NCBI GenBank assembly: GCA_900771345.1
Contig: CAAGNQ010000045.1
Location: 33,230 to 97,229 of the forward strand
Origin: Clostridia bacterium
GTDB taxonomy: Bacteria > Bacillota > Clostridia > Christensenellales > Borkfalkiaceae
DNA length: 64,000 bases
Reading direction: 5' to 3'
Below the pieces are notes generated by a model. The model did not search any database and had not been told where the DNA came from. It worked only from the letters and a program-made list of their open reading frames with translations. Of the stretch, positions 54,071-62,654 are shown piece by piece (within the stretch, counting starts at the first letter, position 1; each line of letters opens with the position of its first letter). A program made the translations under genes and the position numbers.

Positions 54071-54886
54071 TTATTTATCCTTTAGGCTATTACCTAGATA
54101 AGTTCCGAATGAAATAGACGACGATTTCTTTTTATCAACTGAAGATTTATCAGAATTTCTATCTCTTCTTCTATCCCCACCGAAATTTTTGCCACCTTTT
54201 TTGTTTTTATTATCTCTGCCGTCACGCCTTGCTTTATCCTCGCTTCTTCCTGCGTTATACGGCTTAGAAAACTCGTCTTTATCGTTTGGAACGATAACAA
54301 TATAACGGTTTGGCTCTTTTCCGTCACTTCTAGTAGTAACCGTCTGACTATCTGCAAGAGAGGTGTGAATAATTCTTCTTTCGTATGGGCTCATAGGCTC
54401 AAGCATAACTTCGCGTCTAATCTCAGTAGCCTTTTGCTCTAATCTTTTAGCCAGTTTAATAAGAGTTTCTTCCCTTCTTTCTCTATAATTCTCACAGTCA
54501 ACGACTACCTTTTTATAGTCTTTTCTGTTCATATTAAGCGCAGCGCCTGCAAGAGTTTGAATAGCGTCTAAAACTTCCCCACGATAACCGATAACGTTTG
54601 ATGAATCTGTAGAAACAATAGTAATAATTGTTTTCTCTTCGTCCTCGGTAATGGTTGCTTTTGCGTTAAGGTCCATAATATCTACGATACCTTGTACGAA
54701 AGAAAGAGCGCTTTCTCCTTCTGATTGTTTTTTAGTAATTTCCACAACTGCTTTGCCTTTCATTTTTCCAAATAAGCCCTTTGTTGGCTCTTCAATAATC
54801 TCAATTATTGCTTGGTCTTTTGAAAGGTTTAATTCTGATAGTCCAGTTGCAATAGTTTCTTCCACTGTTTTGCCTGTAAACTGCAT
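54071..54886 (-). CDS. jag: Jag/KhpB RNA-binding protein (Jag_N, KH and R3H domains) with a ~70-aa basic disordered C-terminal tail
   Basis: 271 aa. GKTVEETIATGLSELNL (Jag_N), IGYRGEVLDAIQ (KH), MSPYERRIIH (R3H). Downstream of yidC, as is usual. Confidence 0.85.
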   Translation of the reverse strand: MQFTGKTVEETIATGLSELNLSKDQAIIEIIEEPTKGLFGKMKGKAVVEITKKQSEGESALSFVQGIVDIMDLNAKATITEDEEKTIITIVSTDSSNVIGYRGEVLDAIQTLAGAALNMNRKDYKKVVVDCENYRERREETLIKLAKRLEQKATEIRREVMLEPMSPYERRIIHTSLADSQTVTTRSDGKEPNRYIVIVPNDKDEFSKPYNAGRSEDKARRDGRDNKNKKGGKNFGGDRRRDRNSDKSSVDKKKSSSISFGTYLGNSLKDK

Positions 54887-54924
54887 AATATAACCTCCTT
54901 AGCGCCCGTGCGCAATATTCTTCT

Positions 54925-56424
54925 TTATTTTCTTTTCTTCTTAACAGGCCCTGTCAAAAAGTCCCCACCGTTTTCGTGAGCAAACCTGTCGTTTTTATCC
55001 TTTTTCTTAGGCTCTTCTTTTTTCACTTCATCTTCTTTTTTTGGCACGTAAATTCTACCACGCACCTTCTTTGGTTGGGTATTGATTTTTTGTTTTTTCA
55101 TCTGCTTGTCAACTATAAAGTTTATAACAAAAGTCATACAAACGCTAATAATTGAACTCAAAATAATATAGATAGAGAATGCCGCCGTATACATAAAAGC
55201 AAAGAAAGCCATCATTATCGGCATCATCCAAGTCATCATCTTTTGAGTTTGCGCGCCCTGCCCGTCAACAGTTTGAAGTTCCATTTGCGCCTTTTGAGTT
55301 TTGCTAGTTACGATTTGCATAAGAAGTGATACGCCTGCCGTTAACGCAACTAAAATAAAATATCCGTTAGGCTGGGTTTTTTCTTCTTCCAACTTCATCG
55401 TAAGTTCAGCATAACCCGTATCAAGAATATCGGTAGCATTCGGTTGGTCTTTTAGGTATTCGTGAGTTTGCTTAAATACTTCCCAACTAGATTCAACGGG
55501 GTGCTTTGTCGTACTATCGGTTACCCAAATATTTTTAACCCACAAAAAACTAGAATTTTCTTCTCTAAAGGTTTGGGCTGATTTTTCTCGTTGAATATCC
55601 TTTATAAACTCTTTTGCAGACAAATTAGAGTCGGCAAATTCTACTTGCGTTCCGTCCTCCTTATATATTTTAAGGAAGTTGTTTTGCTCGCTTGCAAGAG
55701 GAGAACTAGAGAAAATTCCACTCTCAATAATATTATCAAAAGTAGCCTTTGCCCACTTATTTTCTAAAATGTTATGAGCAATTTTGGCTTTAACGTAACC
55801 AGGCTCGGTATAAACGAGCATGTATCTTGAAGTTAGTATTCCGTTACCGTTAGTTTCTTCCACTAATTCAACTCTAACGTTGCCACTTTCGGCTTTTTTA
55901 TCTTCTTCGTCTTTAACTAAGTTATATAAACTTTCACTTTCAAAAGTTATAACCCCGTTTTCATTTTTAATATACTCGCCGTCAATTTCAAAGCCGGCGT
56001 AAACGACGTTGTTATAAGCACAACTCATATCGTAAAAATACTTTTTGTTTTGATATTGAGAATAATTGGTAAACGCGTTGATAGCAACGATAAATATAAC
56101 TAGAGTTAAAATAGTAGGTAGGCAAGCGCCGAACATAGAATAACCGTTCTTTTTGTAAAGCGCCATCATTTTTTGATTATATAATTCTTTGTTATCAGCG
56201 TATTGTTTTTGAAGTTTTTCAAGTTCAGGACGCATTTCTTCCATTTTAACGGTGTTTTTGCGCATTGACGCTCTTGACATATAGTCAAAAGGTAGAGTAA
56301 TGAGTTTTAATAGTAAGGTAAATAAAACTATTCCTAGTGCAATAGAGCCACTAACTTCAACAAGCCAGTATATAGTTTTTACCAAAAAATTTTGCATTAT
56401 AGGTTGCGTAAAATTTATAATCAT
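54925..56424 (-). CDS. yidC: YidC/Oxa1 family membrane protein insertase with a large extracytoplasmic insertion
   Basis: 499 aa. Core elements LKLITLPF (TM1), the coiled-coil PELEKLQKQY...LYKKNG, CLPTILTLVIF (TM2), the FLW motif (residue 292), and TM3-5. About 235 extra residues lie between TM2 and TM3. Lys-rich C-tail. Confidence 0.85.
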   Translation of the reverse strand: MIINFTQPIMQNFLVKTIYWLVEVSGSIALGIVLFTLLLKLITLPFDYMSRASMRKNTVKMEEMRPELEKLQKQYADNKELYNQKMMALYKKNGYSMFGACLPTILTLVIFIVAINAFTNYSQYQNKKYFYDMSCAYNNVVYAGFEIDGEYIKNENGVITFESESLYNLVKDEEDKKAESGNVRVELVEETNGNGILTSRYMLVYTEPGYVKAKIAHNILENKWAKATFDNIIESGIFSSSPLASEQNNFLKIYKEDGTQVEFADSNLSAKEFIKDIQREKSAQTFREENSSFLWVKNIWVTDSTTKHPVESSWEVFKQTHEYLKDQPNATDILDTGYAELTMKLEEEKTQPNGYFILVALTAGVSLLMQIVTSKTQKAQMELQTVDGQGAQTQKMMTWMMPIMMAFFAFMYTAAFSIYIILSSIISVCMTFVINFIVDKQMKKQKINTQPKKVRGRIYVPKKEDEVKKEEPKKKDKNDRFAHENGGDFLTGPVKKKRK

Positions 56425-56427
56425 ATT

Positions 56428-56661
56428 TTAATACACCCACTTAATTATATTTTTTTTATCAGGGACTTTATCGAATCCACCTTTAGCCCAAGGGTTACAT
56501 CTAATAATTCTTTTTATACCTAAAAACCACCCGACCAAAAAGCCGTGTTTTAAAATTGCCTCAAGCGTATATTGAGAACAGGACGGAATATACATACATC
56601 TGCCGAACGACAAATATTTTTGATAAAATCTTATTAATTTAATGCTTAAAAATTTTAGCAC
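56428..56661 (-). CDS. yidD: membrane protein insertion efficiency factor YidD
   Basis: 77 aa. CMYIPSCSQYTLEAILKHG...RCNPW. The GTG start overlaps the rnpA stop by 1 nt. Confidence 0.9.
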   Translation of the reverse strand: MLKFLSIKLIRFYQKYLSFGRCMYIPSCSQYTLEAILKHGFLVGWFLGIKRIIRCNPWAKGGFDKVPDKKNIIKWVY

Positions 56662-56984
56662 TATATTATCCCACCTTTTTTAAAAAGAAATTCCATATTC
56701 TCGGTAAACTTTTTTAAGGAATATTCCTCTTCAACTTTCGGTATAAAAACAAAAAAGAAGTTTTTTCCTAATTTTGGCATAAAACTTCTGAAAGATTCCC
56801 TCAAAAGGCGTTTTATTCGATTTCTCTTAACGCTTCCACCGTGCTTTTTACTCACGGCGAAGCCTGCTTTTATTTCGTTTGATGGAAAATAAATTACTGT
56901 AAGAGTTGAAGAATACAACCTTTTTCCTTTACTAAAAACAAGGTTGAAATCTTTTTCTTTTTTTAACCTGATATCAATTGCCAT
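56661..56984 (-). CDS. rnpA: ribonuclease P protein component
   Basis: 107 aa. KKEKDFNLVFSKG...AVSKKHGGSVKRNRIKRLLRE (RNR motif). Downstream of rpmH. Confidence 0.9.
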   Translation of the reverse strand: MAIDIRLKKEKDFNLVFSKGKRLYSSTLTVIYFPSNEIKAGFAVSKKHGGSVKRNRIKRLLRESFRSFMPKLGKNFFFVFIPKVEEEYSLKKFTENMEFLFKKGGII

Positions 56985-56993
56985 TTTAACTTA

Positions 56994-57128
56994 CTATGCA
57001 GAAAGTTTATGGCGACCTTTATTACGGCGTCTTTTTAAAACGTTCCTTCCTGAACGAGTTTTCATTCTTTCTCTAAAACCGTGAACTTTGCTTCTTTGTC
57101 TTTTCTTAGGTTGATAAGTCTGTTTCAT
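56994..57128 (-). CDS. rpmH: 50S ribosomal protein L34
   Basis: Below the track cutoff. My translation: [44 protein letters not shown] (44 aa). SD AAGGAGAAA. Confidence 0.95.
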   Translation of the reverse strand: MKQTYQPKKRQRSKVHGFRERMKTRSGRNVLKRRRNKGRHKLSA

Positions 57129-57207
57129 TATTTATTTCTCCTTTTATGGTATTATTTCACTTATGCTTTTTATATTGTATAGATATTTATCCCATTTGTC
57201 AATTATT

Positions 57208-58308
57208 TTAACTATTTATTCTAACAGGAAGTACTAAATATAAAAATCCTTCCTTTCCAAGCGCAGTTATAACGCAAGGGTCAATAGCAGTATTTAAACT
57301 TAAATTTATAAACTCGTCGTCTATTATCTTTAGATATTCTTGCAAGTATTTGCCGTTAAACGCAATAGTCAAATCTTTTCCTTTTAAGTTTATCGGTAAA
57401 TTTTCGTTTACGTTTCCTACCTCTGATTTAGCGATAATATTCATAAACTCTTCTTTTATATCAAACTTAACTACGTTATATCTATCGTTTCTAGCAACGA
57501 TTGACGCTCTTTCAATACTGCTAAGTAATGCTTGACGATTTACTATAATAGAATTTTCAAAATTATTTGGCAAAATATGGCTATATTTTACAAATTCTCC
57601 CTCTATTAATCTTGAAACCAAAACGGTGTTCTCAAGTTCTATATAAAGTGAATTGCTTTGAAGATTTACCTTTATAATTTGCTCGTCGTTATCTAAAAGC
57701 CTTGTAATTTCAGAAAGAGTTCTTGCAGGAATTACTGCTTTAACGTTAGAAGAAGATTTTACTTCAGTTTTAACAACGCTCATTCTAAACCCGTCAAGAG
57801 CAACCGTCGTTAAATTTCCGTTTTCAATCTCAAATAAACAACCCTTAAGTATAGGCCTGCTATCATCAGAAGAACAAGCAAAAACCGTTCTTTCAACTAT
57901 TTGTTTAAAATCTTTTTGAGAAATCTCAAAACTCTCGCAATTATCTTTTCTATCAATTTTAGGGAATTTATCGGCAGGGAATACTTGAAGTTCACTCTCT
58001 GAATCAGAATATTTTATGCAAAGCCCACCGTCGTAAAGACGGGAAAGTTCCACTTGTTCCTTTTCAAGTTTCTTAACAAACTCAACGAAATACTTTCCTA
58101 CTACAACCGTTTCGCCTTCCATCAAAACGTCTGCCTTAATTGTTTTTTCTATTGATAGTTCAACGTCGGTTGCTAGTAGTGTTAAAGTTTCCCCTTGTGC
58201 AGAAATTTTTATACCTTCTAAAATAGGATTTGATGCTTTAACAGAAAGTGCTTTACTAACCTTAAGCACTGCATCAGATAAATCCAAACCGTCACAAATA
58301 ACTTTCAT
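57208..58308 (-). CDS. dnaN: DNA polymerase III subunit beta (sliding clamp)
   Basis: 366 aa from ATG 58308 (MKVICDGLDLSDAVLKVSKAL..., SD GGGAGA). Three-domain length and N-terminus are typical of DnaN. The track ORF has a 30-aa AT-rich, low-complexity extension. Confidence 0.93.
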   Translation of the reverse strand: MKVICDGLDLSDAVLKVSKALSVKASNPILEGIKISAQGETLTLLATDVELSIEKTIKADVLMEGETVVVGKYFVEFVKKLEKEQVELSRLYDGGLCIKYSDSESELQVFPADKFPKIDRKDNCESFEISQKDFKQIVERTVFACSSDDSRPILKGCLFEIENGNLTTVALDGFRMSVVKTEVKSSSNVKAVIPARTLSEITRLLDNDEQIIKVNLQSNSLYIELENTVLVSRLIEGEFVKYSHILPNNFENSIIVNRQALLSSIERASIVARNDRYNVVKFDIKEEFMNIIAKSEVGNVNENLPINLKGKDLTIAFNGKYLQEYLKIIDDEFINLSLNTAIDPCVITALGKEGFLYLVLPVRINS

Positions 58309-58677
58309 TATCTTTTTCTCCCTAACGTTATCGATAAGTAAATATATATTATTATATAATATATAAAGAAAAAAATCAAGAAAAAACAGGTATTTCATTT
58401 GTGAGATTTAAAATTTTGCATTATTGATTGGAAGAAGAGTTTTTGTTTTTTATGTTTGTTATGTTTCTTTTTTATTTATATAAATTAGTATGGTTAGTAT
58501 TAATATGCGAGTGGAAATGTTGATAGATATAATTTAGCATTGATTTATATAGTTTTTTTGTAAGTATATATTCGTTGATAAAAAAATTATAACCGTTTAT
58601 AAAATAGGATAAAAAGTTAATAAGTATTGTTAATAAAAAAGATTGAAAGTTTTTTTTAATTATGTTATACTTTTTAT

Positions 58678-59358
58678 ATGGAAAACTTATTTTTAGAATA
58701 CGGCATAAAATTAAATAAAGAAAAACTTGATAAATTCAGGCGATACTACGAACTTTTAGTAGAATATAATCAAAAGTTTAATATAACTGCAATAACTGAA
58801 AAAGAGGAAGTTTATAAAAAACACTTTATTGATTCACTTTTAGGAGTTGATAACTTTATTGAAGGAAGGTTGATAGATATAGGCTCTGGGGGAGGTTTTC
58901 CTGCAATTCCTCTTAAAATATATAACGATAATTTATGCGTAACTTTAGTGGAAGCAACTGGGAAAAAATGTGAATTCCTTAAAACTGTTGTTGATGAACT
59001 AGGTTTAAAAAATATTATTGTTATAAACGATAGGGCAGAAACCTTAATTAAAAAAACTGGATTTAGAGAGGGTTTTGATTACTGCACGGCAAGGGCAGTT
59101 GCAAGGCTTTCCACCCTTTTAGAGTATTGTTTGCCATTTGTTAAAGTAGGTGGAAAATTCGTTGGTTATAAAGGGGATGCAAACGAGGAGATAAAAGAGG
59201 CGAGGAGCGCCATTAAGATTTTGGGTGGAGAGTTTGTTAAGGCAGAAGAAAAGGAACTTTTCGGGGCTAAAAGGCAGATTGTAATGATAAAAAAAGTTAG
59301 CGTTACTAATCCAAAATACCCAAGAGGAAACGGCAAAGAGAGGAAAAATCCACTGTGA
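58678..59358 (+). CDS. rsmG: 16S rRNA (guanine527-N7)-methyltransferase RsmG (GidB)
   Basis: 226 aa. NITAITEKEEVYKKHFIDSL and DIGSGGGFPAIPLKI SAM motif. Confidence 0.92.
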   Translation: MENLFLEYGIKLNKEKLDKFRRYYELLVEYNQKFNITAITEKEEVYKKHFIDSLLGVDNFIEGRLIDIGSGGGFPAIPLKIYNDNLCVTLVEATGKKCEFLKTVVDELGLKNIIVINDRAETLIKKTGFREGFDYCTARAVARLSTLLEYCLPFVKVGGKFVGYKGDANEEIKEARSAIKILGGEFVKAEEKELFGAKRQIVMIKKVSVTNPKYPRGNGKERKNPL

Positions 59359-59825
59359 GTGAAATTTTTATAAATAATGTGAGAGCGTGCGCTGTTTCAG
59401 GGCATAGAGTGCTATATTCTGATTTTGATAGAGAAAGGCTAGAAAAAGTTTTTAATAAGTTAGTAGACGGAGGTTTTGATACCTTTTTAGTCGGAATGGC
59501 GCTGGGGTTTGACACAGAGTGTTTTTTAATTTTGGAAAAAATCAGGGAGAAAAAGAATATTAAAATTATCGCTTGCATTCCTTGTTTAACACAGGCTGAA
59601 AGGTTTAATAAAAAGCAAAAAGAACTGTATAATAAAATGGTTGAAAGTGCTGACGAGAGGATAATTTTAAGTCAAGAGTATACTGACACTTGTATGAAAA
59701 AAAGAAATGAATTTATGGTAAAAAACTCGTCGGTTTTAGTGTATTATAAACGGCGAGAGAAAGGGGGAACTGCTCAAACGGTAAACTTTGCGAAAAAACA
59801 AAATAAAATATTATTAGAAGTATAA
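59355..59825 (+). CDS. SLOG-superfamily protein, DUF1273 (YpsA-like)
   Basis: 156 aa. VSGHR...GFDTFLVGMALGFD...ACIPC...Q...W pattern. GTG start overlaps the rsmG TGA. Confidence 0.7.
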   Translation: MSEIFINNVRACAVSGHRVLYSDFDRERLEKVFNKLVDGGFDTFLVGMALGFDTECFLILEKIREKKNIKIIACIPCLTQAERFNKKQKELYNKMVESADERIILSQEYTDTCMKKRNEFMVKNSSVLVYYKRREKGGTAQTVNFAKKQNKILLEV

Positions 59826-59855
59826 AAAAAGCATTGAGATTTTCAATGCTTTTTT
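59826..59855 (+). terminator. intrinsic terminator after the DUF1273 gene
   Basis: AAAAAGCATTGA-GATTT-TCAATGCTTTTT. Confidence 0.75.
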
Positions 59856-59883
59856 GGTTTATTAATATCGTTTTATTAATTTT

Positions 59884-60147
59884 CTATAAAATTTCTTTAT
59901 AACCTTTGCCGTATTTTAAGGCTCTTGAAACGCGAGAAAGAGTTGCTGAAGATATCTCGGTTTTTGCTATAATTTGCTCGTAAGTTTCCCCGTTTTTTAA
60001 GAGTTTTGCAGCCAAAAGCCTACCACTCATAGCGTCAATTTCCTTTTCGGTGCAGAGGTCTTTAAAAAAATTCTCACACTGCTTTTTATCTTTTAGATTT
60101 AAAATAACGTCAAAAAGGTCGGTTCTCAAGTTCTCGTTAGTGCTCAT
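59884..60147 (-). CDS. YerC/YecD family TrpR-related DNA-binding protein
   Basis: 87 aa. DLFDVILNLKDKKQCENFFKDLCTEKEIDAMSGRLLAAKLL..G.TYEQI...T.IS.AT.SRV. Start overlaps the ABC ATPase stop. Confidence 0.8.
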   Translation of the reverse strand: MSTNENLRTDLFDVILNLKDKKQCENFFKDLCTEKEIDAMSGRLLAAKLLKNGETYEQIIAKTEISSATLSRVSRALKYGKGYKEIL

Positions 60148-60998
60148 TATTCGCCCTCCTTGTTAGAAACGCTTGATAAAAAGTGAATAAGTTTTTCTGA
60201 CTTTGGGTTATCAAAGATTTCTTCAGGCGTGCCTTGTTCTTCTATAATTCCATTTGCCATAAACACAACCTTATCCGAAACGTTTTTAGCAAACCCCATT
60301 TCGTGAGTAACTATAATCATAGTCCTGTCTTGGTCTTTGAGCGAACGAATAACTTTCAAAACCTCGCCCGTAAGTTCTGGGTCGAGAGCAGAGGTCGGCT
60401 CGTCAAAACAAAGAATTTTAGGCTTTAATGCAAGTGCTCTTGCAATTGCTACTCGTTGGCTTTGTCCACCTGAAAGTTCGCCCGGATAAGCAGAGATTTT
60501 ATCAAGAAGTCCTACCGTTTTAAGTAAAGATAAAGCAGTGCTTTCTATTTTCTCAAGTTCTTGCTTTTTAAACTCGGCTAGTTTTTGGTTAATTTGCTTT
60601 CTAGTTAAACTTTTATCTTCTTTTAACTGTTTTTTTAAGTTAGAAAGTTTGTCTTTTAGCAAAAGTTCAGGTGCTAAGGTAATATTTCTTAACACGGTGT
60701 ATTGAGGAAATAGGTTAAACGACTGAAAAACCAACCCGAAATTAAGCCTCTTTTCTCTTAAAACAGCGTCGCAATCGGTTTTAGAGAAATCGTTGATTAA
60801 AGCCTCTTTGTCCAAAATCATTTCGCCTAAGTTTGGCGTTTCTAAAAAGTTGATACAGCGAAGAAGGGTAGTTTTTCCACTACCTGAACTGCCGATAATT
60901 GATACTACCTGCCCCTTTTCAATAGAAAGGTCAATACCCTTTAATACTTCGGTGCTCTTAAAACTTTTATATAAATTTTTAATTTCTAAATACGCCAT
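60147..60998 (-). CDS. amino acid ABC transporter ATP-binding protein (with a ~40-aa coiled insertion)
   Basis: 283 aa. GSSGSGKTT Walker A, LSGGQSQRVAIARAL signature, ILCFDEPTSALD Walker B. Confidence 0.92.
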   Translation of the reverse strand: MAYLEIKNLYKSFKSTEVLKGIDLSIEKGQVVSIIGSSGSGKTTLLRCINFLETPNLGEMILDKEALINDFSKTDCDAVLREKRLNFGLVFQSFNLFPQYTVLRNITLAPELLLKDKLSNLKKQLKEDKSLTRKQINQKLAEFKKQELEKIESTALSLLKTVGLLDKISAYPGELSGGQSQRVAIARALALKPKILCFDEPTSALDPELTGEVLKVIRSLKDQDRTMIIVTHEMGFAKNVSDKVVFMANGIIEEQGTPEEIFDNPKSEKLIHFLSSVSNKEGE

Positions 60999-61000
60999 AA

Positions 61001-61642
61001 TTACACCTTATAGTAAGAAAGTTTCTTTTCAAGATAGCCGAAAAGAAGTGTTAAAATACCTACAAAAACAAGATAAAACGCGCCCGTATAGAATACCGGC
61101 CAAATAAACCCTTTTGCCGCCCAGTCTTGTGCGTTTTTAAGTATTTCTGCAACGATAATAACACGGGCTAAAGAGGTGTCTTTAACAAGCGTGATAACCT
61201 CGTTACTCATAGGCGCTAAGATTCGCTTAATAACTTGCAAAAGCACTATTTTTGAGAAGATTTGACCCTTTGTCATACCCAAAACTTCGCCAGCCTCGTA
61301 TTGACCTTTGGTGATAGACTCTATGCCACCACGATAAATTTCTGCAAAATAGCAGGCGTAGTTTATAACGAACGCCACGATAACTGCAATAAATCTCGGC
61401 ATAACAGGTAGAGAAAATACTAGAGCAGGCCCGTAGAAAATAATAATTACTTGGAGCATCAAAGGCGTTCCTCTAACCACCCAAATAAGAAGTCTTATAA
61501 CCAACTTTAACGGCTTAAACTTGCTCATAGCCCCAAATGCTATTAAAAGCCCTAAAGGGAGAGCAAGCGCCAAAGTCAATAGAAAGATTAAGCAGGTATT
61601 GCCAAAACCTTCAAGTAAATTTAAGGTTATTTCTAAAAACAT
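61001..61642 (-). CDS. amino acid ABC transporter permease (HisM/HisQ family)
   Basis: 213 aa. EAGEVLGMTKGQIFSKIVLLQ is an EAA-loop motif. Confidence 0.9.
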   Translation of the reverse strand: MFLEITLNLLEGFGNTCLIFLLTLALALPLGLLIAFGAMSKFKPLKLVIRLLIWVVRGTPLMLQVIIIFYGPALVFSLPVMPRFIAVIVAFVINYACYFAEIYRGGIESITKGQYEAGEVLGMTKGQIFSKIVLLQVIKRILAPMSNEVITLVKDTSLARVIIVAEILKNAQDWAAKGFIWPVFYTGAFYLVFVGILTLLFGYLEKKLSYYKV

Positions 61643-61653
61643 ATTTTACCGTA

Positions 61654-62424
61654 TTATCCGAAGTATTTTTCTTGTAGTTCAGTAAACAATCCGTTAGTTT
61701 TGCTCATTTTAACGAACAAATCGAATGCTTTTGCAAGACCAGCGTCTGATTTTCTAAATGCAACGCCGAAGTCTTCGTTTTCAAACCCAACGTCAACTAA
61801 AGTCAAATTAGCATAGTCAGTTCCTTCGCCAACTAAAACTTGAGCCATCAATAGGTCGATAATAGCAATCTCAGATGCGCCTGACGCAACTTCCATAAGA
61901 GTATCTTTTTGAGCAGTAGCCGTATTAATTTTAGCGTCGTCATAGTTTAAGCCTTGCAAAACTTTGTGTCCAGCAGACTCGGTTTCTACTGCAACGCTAG
62001 AAGCAGTTAGAACTGACGTAGCATCTGTGTACTTTGACGCGTTTTCTGCTAGGCAAACAACAACTTGCTTGTTGTTTAAGTATGGAGCAGAAACGGCAGT
62101 CTTTTCCTTTGCCTCTTCAGTAATGGTCATTCCGTTCCAAATAACGTCAATATTCTTGCTTTTTAAATCGATAAACTTATTGCTCCATTCGATTTCAACG
62201 AAATCAGCCTCAACGCCGATTTCTTGGCAGAAAGCCTTAGCAAGTTCAGTGTCAAACCCAACGAATTCGCCGTTTTCCGTGTAGTTCATAGGCTTGTAGA
62301 TAGTATAACCGATAGTAAGTTTTCCATCGGTAATTCCAGACTCGTCGTTAGAGCAAGCTGTTAAACCAAAACAAGCAGTAAGCGCGATTAACGCTGTTAA
62401 AAAAAGTGTAACAATCTTTTTCAT
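61654..62424 (-). CDS. amino acid ABC transporter substrate-binding lipoprotein (family 3 SBP)
   Basis: 256 aa from ATG 62424 (MKKIVTLFLTALIALTACFGLTAC lipobox, SD AGGAGAA). GFDTELAKAF... is typical of polar amino-acid SBPs. Confidence 0.85.
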   Translation of the reverse strand: MKKIVTLFLTALIALTACFGLTACSNDESGITDGKLTIGYTIYKPMNYTENGEFVGFDTELAKAFCQEIGVEADFVEIEWSNKFIDLKSKNIDVIWNGMTITEEAKEKTAVSAPYLNNKQVVVCLAENASKYTDATSVLTASSVAVETESAGHKVLQGLNYDDAKINTATAQKDTLMEVASGASEIAIIDLLMAQVLVGEGTDYANLTLVDVGFENEDFGVAFRKSDAGLAKAFDLFVKMSKTNGLFTELQEKYFG

Positions 62425-62598
62425 AATAAAAAGTTCTCCTAAAAAATATTTCACTTTATCTCTTTATCGTGATAAAGCAATATCATTATACTTTATTGCG
62501 CTAAAGAAGTAAAGCGTTTTTAACAACATTTTAAAAATTCTTTAAAAATAGAAAATTGTCAAGTATTTATGACAAACATAATATATATATAATGCTAT

Positions 62599-62636
62599 AA
62601 AAAAAAATAAAGGCACACTCTTTTGAGTGCGCCTTT
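62599..62636 (-). terminator. intrinsic terminator after the PFOR gene
   Basis: AAAGGCGCACTC-AAAA-GAGTGTGCCTTT (one mismatch) followed by AU8 on the minus strand. Confidence 0.7.
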
Positions 62637-62654
62637 AACTATTTTGCTTAACTA

